A stretch of 59,753 nt of DNA from positions 1 through 59,753 of IMG/VR virus record IMGVR_UViG_3300016484_000665; one strand, written 5' to 3'. The position numbers and the translations under genes are program-made. Every line of letters begins with the position of its first letter. Position 1 is the first letter of the stretch. Shown here one piece after another: positions 56,765 through 59,753 of this stretch. The notes under the pieces were generated by a model that saw only the letters and a program-made list of their open reading frames with translations, ran no database searches and was not told the DNA's origin. The stretch is from a virus (lineage: Duplodnaviria; Caudoviricetes).

Positions 56765-57270
56765 GGTGGCCGCCACAGGTACTCGGGTGGCACCGATGCT
56801 ACTACGCCGGGCGGAACCAGGTGCAGCAACGGCAGCGCATCCCGCAGGTAGATGCCCACCACCGATATGAACTCGTCAAGGTTACGCACAATCGATGTTT
56901 CGTAGCCTGACGATTCGACACGTACATGGAACGCTTCCTGGTCATCGGTTGTTTTGCCCTCGTCGGCCTTCACCTCGACCCACAATCCGGCGATCACGCG
57001 CCCACCAGGCACCACCACCGGCAGAGCAAAACACAGATCCGACACACCAGCACGCACACCCATACCTTTCAGGATTCCGGCTTCTGCCTTGCTGCGCGCA
57101 CCACCGTTCGGAACGTGGTGTAAGTGAGCGCCAACTTTCGATAGACGCAGCGCCGCTGGCCAGAATGGCGTCAGAGACTTGTTGAGCGGCAGTGCGGCAA
57201 GATCGGCCCACTTGACCATCGCAATCTGCGCGTCCTGTTCCTCGCGTTTGCGATTAGCTCGAGGCGCCAT
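56737..57270 (-). CDS. VRR-NUC (PD-D/ExK) nuclease
   Basis: HVPNGG..GVRAGVSDL..WVEVK..GKTTDDQ. Confidence 0.85.
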   Translation of the reverse strand: MAPRANRKREEQDAQIAMVKWADLAALPLNKSLTPFWPAALRLSKVGAHLHHVPNGGARSKAEAGILKGMGVRAGVSDLCFALPVVVPGGRVIAGLWVEVKADEGKTTDDQEAFHVRVESSGYETSIVRNLDEFISVVGIYLRDALPLLHLVPPGVVASVPPEYLWRPPCLNTSGMT

Positions 57271-57544
57271 CCTTGTTCTTTCGCCTCCTTTTTTCGCGCT
57301 CCCAGATGAATTCATTGGCGACCCTGAACGCTTCGTGCGCAATCTCGTCCGTGTGCGCATCTTTGTAGCCCTCCGCAACACAGAATTTCACAAACAGCTC
57401 CTTGGCCAGTTCCTCGCGCTCGCGCTGGTTCGCCGCATCGACCATTTCCTTAATGTGTTCAGACGACACCCCGGCGTTTTGTTCGCATTGCGGACACATG
57501 AGGTACATAGGTTCGTAATGATGCCGGCAAAAGTAGTTCATCAT
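57254..57544 (-). CDS. Hypothetical Cys-containing protein
   Basis: CRHH..CPQC; ATGA overlap. Confidence 0.55.
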   Translation of the reverse strand: MMNYFCRHHYEPMYLMCPQCEQNAGVSSEHIKEMVDAANQREREELAKELFVKFCVAEGYKDAHTDEIAHEAFRVANEFIWEREKRRRKNKDGASS

Positions 57545-57879
57545 TCCCCCGCCATAAACCGGTCGATGCGATCCATACACGCTAGGGCTTCCTCGCGGTC
57601 ATCGCTGAAAAGTGCCAGCCTCAGACGCGGGAACTCGGCCAGGACATCGCTGTAAATCCGCGATGCCAGAACCCGCCTCGCAACCTTGGTGCTTTCGCGG
57701 ACCTGTGAGGTGTTGGCCCAGAACCTTACTGTGAGCGAGGCTCGAAGCTCCCATTCTTGGTTACGGTCGGGTGTGTAATCGCGTACCTCGCCGGTGCGTT
57801 CCAGCAGCAGATCGAACGCTTCCGGGATCACACGTTCTTGCCGGGTCGGCTGCAGACTGATGTGCTTGTTGAGGCTCAT
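57541..57879 (-). CDS. Hypothetical protein
   Basis: ATGA-coupled; GGAGG RBS. Confidence 0.6.
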   Translation of the reverse strand: MSLNKHISLQPTRQERVIPEAFDLLLERTGEVRDYTPDRNQEWELRASLTVRFWANTSQVRESTKVARRVLASRIYSDVLAEFPRLRLALFSDDREEALACMDRIDRFMAGE

Positions 57880-58337
57880 TCCCGCAACCCTCCTGCCTCC
57901 AGACGCTTTACGCGCTCATCGATCCGCTGTACGGCAGCGAACAACAACCTAAGCAGTCGCACCAGCAGACGGATCGACGGTCCCCGCGGCATTCCCGGCA
58001 GCACCATCGTTTCTAATTGCGCTGCCAGTTTGGCCGGATCAGTTTCGTACTTATTCACAATGCGCCCCCTTTCAGGATCAGCCGTGGCGTCACACTTTGC
58101 CACGCGGTGGCGGCATGACTCTGCGAAAAGCTCGTCAAGAAACGAATCCAGGGTCACATCATTGTCCTCGTAGAACTCTGATCTGCAGCAGTCACGGATG
58201 ACGGCGTAGATTTTCGAGATGTTGTTGGCGTGATGCGGGCCTTGCCTCACTGCGTCTGAAACAATCCGCTTCAATATCCACAATCTGAACGGCGAGATAT
58301 TCACTCCTCCCCCTTCGCTCTCGGAGCGTGGTTCCAT
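57876..58337 (-). CDS. Hypothetical protein (true start probably GTG 58304)
   Basis: GGAGGA RBS before the GTGA overlap. Confidence 0.55.
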   Translation of the reverse strand: MEPRSESEGGGVNISPFRLWILKRIVSDAVRQGPHHANNISKIYAVIRDCCRSEFYEDNDVTLDSFLDELFAESCRHRVAKCDATADPERGRIVNKYETDPAKLAAQLETMVLPGMPRGPSIRLLVRLLRLLFAAVQRIDERVKRLEAGGLRE

Positions 58338-58522
58338 ATGCCAGCCATCAAGTCATCAACTGACTCACCGGGCTTCCTCCATTCTTCTAATGCCGAAACG
58401 CGCCACTTGCAGCAGCAGTTAGGCATTGCGGTGTACATGACACCTCCACCTTCTTCGACTAAATCCTCATACACCGTAAGAAAAACGGGCACCCTCCCAC
58501 CCGGACACGGGGCGAGACTCAT
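58301..58522 (-). CDS. Hypothetical protein
   Basis: ATGA overlap; AAGGAG RBS. Confidence 0.5.
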   Translation of the reverse strand: MSLAPCPGGRVPVFLTVYEDLVEEGGGVMYTAMPNCCCKWRVSALEEWRKPGESVDDLMAGIWNHAPRAKGEE

Positions 58523-58857
58523 CGCTGTGACTCCTTCTTGCGCAGATAAACAAGCCCCCAAGGAACGTGCAGTCGATCGGCGATGATCGAACATTCCAAT
58601 GCTTCCATCGGAATCAGGATAGGAATAAATCTATTCGACCACTCTTCCCCCGCAAACACGCCACGCCTTTCTTTATTCCTGCCCTTCACAAATTCGGCGA
58701 ACTCTGTTTCGTCCTTTGGGCACGCCGCTAAGGCGTCAGGAAACAACGGGGCGTAGTCTTCAAGGACCGCCCTCAGCTCCTCCAATGTTTCGCATTTCTG
58801 CATTTCGCTCACGTAGTCCGCCGACTGATCGCTGACGTATGTGACTTCTTTTCTCAT
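58519..58857 (-). CDS. Hypothetical protein
   Basis: ATGA overlap; AAGGAG RBS. Confidence 0.6.
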   Translation of the reverse strand: MRKEVTYVSDQSADYVSEMQKCETLEELRAVLEDYAPLFPDALAACPKDETEFAEFVKGRNKERRGVFAGEEWSNRFIPILIPMEALECSIIADRLHVPWGLVYLRKKESQR

Positions 58858-59459
58858 CGCTGCTGCTCCTTCACGTCGATCCAGTGGGTCCAATCTCCCT
58901 CAAAAGGCTCGTTCAGCCATTCGTGAGTTACTCCGTCAGTGAAGAACGCATTCGCTTTGCTGCGCCTTCCGGTGTCTATCTGCAGCGTCTCTACTTCCTG
59001 ACCATCCTCCGGCAACCGCTCCGTCACCGGCACCCACACCCCCGCGCACACCTTCTCGTGCTCGGCGATCTTCTCGTTCAGTTCCCGCACCGTCACCCAG
59101 ACATGCCAGTCAATCAGCGCGTTCAGCGCCGCTTTCGGGTCAACGTCATGCTTTTCTTGGTAAATCTCCGCGACCATCAGCCCGTCGATGATGGCCTGCT
59201 TCCATTGAGCAAGTTCACGAATTCGCGCGGCTGCTTCGTCGTCGCGTTTGCGCGTCATTTCCTTGACCCATCTCTCCAGCTCGCGGATGCGGGCGTCACG
59301 CTGCTCAAGCCATGCGGCACACACAGCCTGCATCAGTCGGCCGTTATTGCTCGACGGGTCGAACTGCTTAGTGTCCTCGCGAGTCGCGTATCCGAAGGAC
59401 GGCGCGAGCCGCTCGTAGGTTTCGTGGAAAAACACGGCCATTTCCAGCGCGTTGCTCAT
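58854..59459 (-). CDS. Coiled-coil protein with C-terminal DUF551-like domain
   Basis: WVPVTERLPEDGQEV...WTHW. Confidence 0.65.
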   Translation of the reverse strand: MSNALEMAVFFHETYERLAPSFGYATREDTKQFDPSSNNGRLMQAVCAAWLEQRDARIRELERWVKEMTRKRDDEAAARIRELAQWKQAIIDGLMVAEIYQEKHDVDPKAALNALIDWHVWVTVRELNEKIAEHEKVCAGVWVPVTERLPEDGQEVETLQIDTGRRSKANAFFTDGVTHEWLNEPFEGDWTHWIDVKEQQR

Positions 59460-59737
59460 ATCCTCGCCCCCGCTTCTAACACATCTTCTCGAGTGATCTC
59501 GAAAGCCGCGTCTCCGCACACCAGGTGGTATCGCTTGAGGGTGCCGAAAGTGCCGTGATTCGTTCTGATGATGTCGCAGGTGTCAGTGCGCAGGAGGACA
59601 TCGGCTTCCATCGTCCTGCAGGCGTCCAGCGCTTCGATCAGTTCTCGATCGTTCTTCCAGCGCACACCCCACATGACGATAGATCCGCCAATCATCACTG
59701 CGGTTGCTGACAACAGAATTTTGTCTCGCGTGGTCAT
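59456..59737 (-). CDS. Small protein with an N-terminal membrane anchor
   Basis: ILLSATAVMIGGSIVMWGV. Confidence 0.55.
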   Translation of the reverse strand: MTTRDKILLSATAVMIGGSIVMWGVRWKNDRELIEALDACRTMEADVLLRTDTCDIIRTNHGTFGTLKRYHLVCGDAAFEITREDVLEAGARI

Positions 59738-59753
59738 GCTGACGGCCCCGCGA

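Noticed and set aside
1-59753. tRNA, CRISPR array, DGR/retron reverse transcriptase, integrase, tape measure or sheath genes
   Set aside because: No supporting motifs or repeats found by eye; absence is not confirmed computationally.

Overview
The window is a GC-rich, probably near-complete ~60 kb tailed-phage genome of podovirus type (no tape measure or sheath), probably infecting a diderm bacterium. A short + strand arm (821-8593) carries accessory, regulatory and DNA-modification genes: cupin-like, ISL3-type zinc finger/HTH, YfdP-like plus DUF2303, DnaA-C-like HTH, C5 cytosine methyltransferase, DHH phosphoesterase and small membrane proteins. A long - strand arm runs from small early genes, a VRR-NUC nuclease, a structured non-coding region, an endolysin and a lipoprotein, through a signal-peptide-bearing glycan-degrading enzyme and a lectin-rich fibre. 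It continues through TerS, TerL, portal, a divergent island, scaffold, N4-gp56-type capsid, tail tube A/B, tail fibre and ejection proteins to a 5708-aa polyvalent protein. I recognised no integrase, DNA polymerase, primase, tRNA or CRISPR array. Main highlights: (1) a probable 151-aa gene with a perfect AGGAGG Shine-Dalgarno, overprinted in the +1 frame inside the linker of the giant gene; (2) the giant protein's payload of Acb1-like 2H phosphodiesterase, DdrB-ParB, SF2 helicase, N6A methyltransferase, JAB, three ART-like domains, zincin and LPD38; (3) a two-frame, EcoHK31I-style split cytosine methyltransferase; (4) a Sec-exported beta-helix/GH140-like enzyme that shares a module with the tail protein; (5) a transposase N-terminus retained without its DDE domain. 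All family calls come from recognising motifs by eye, not from database searches.
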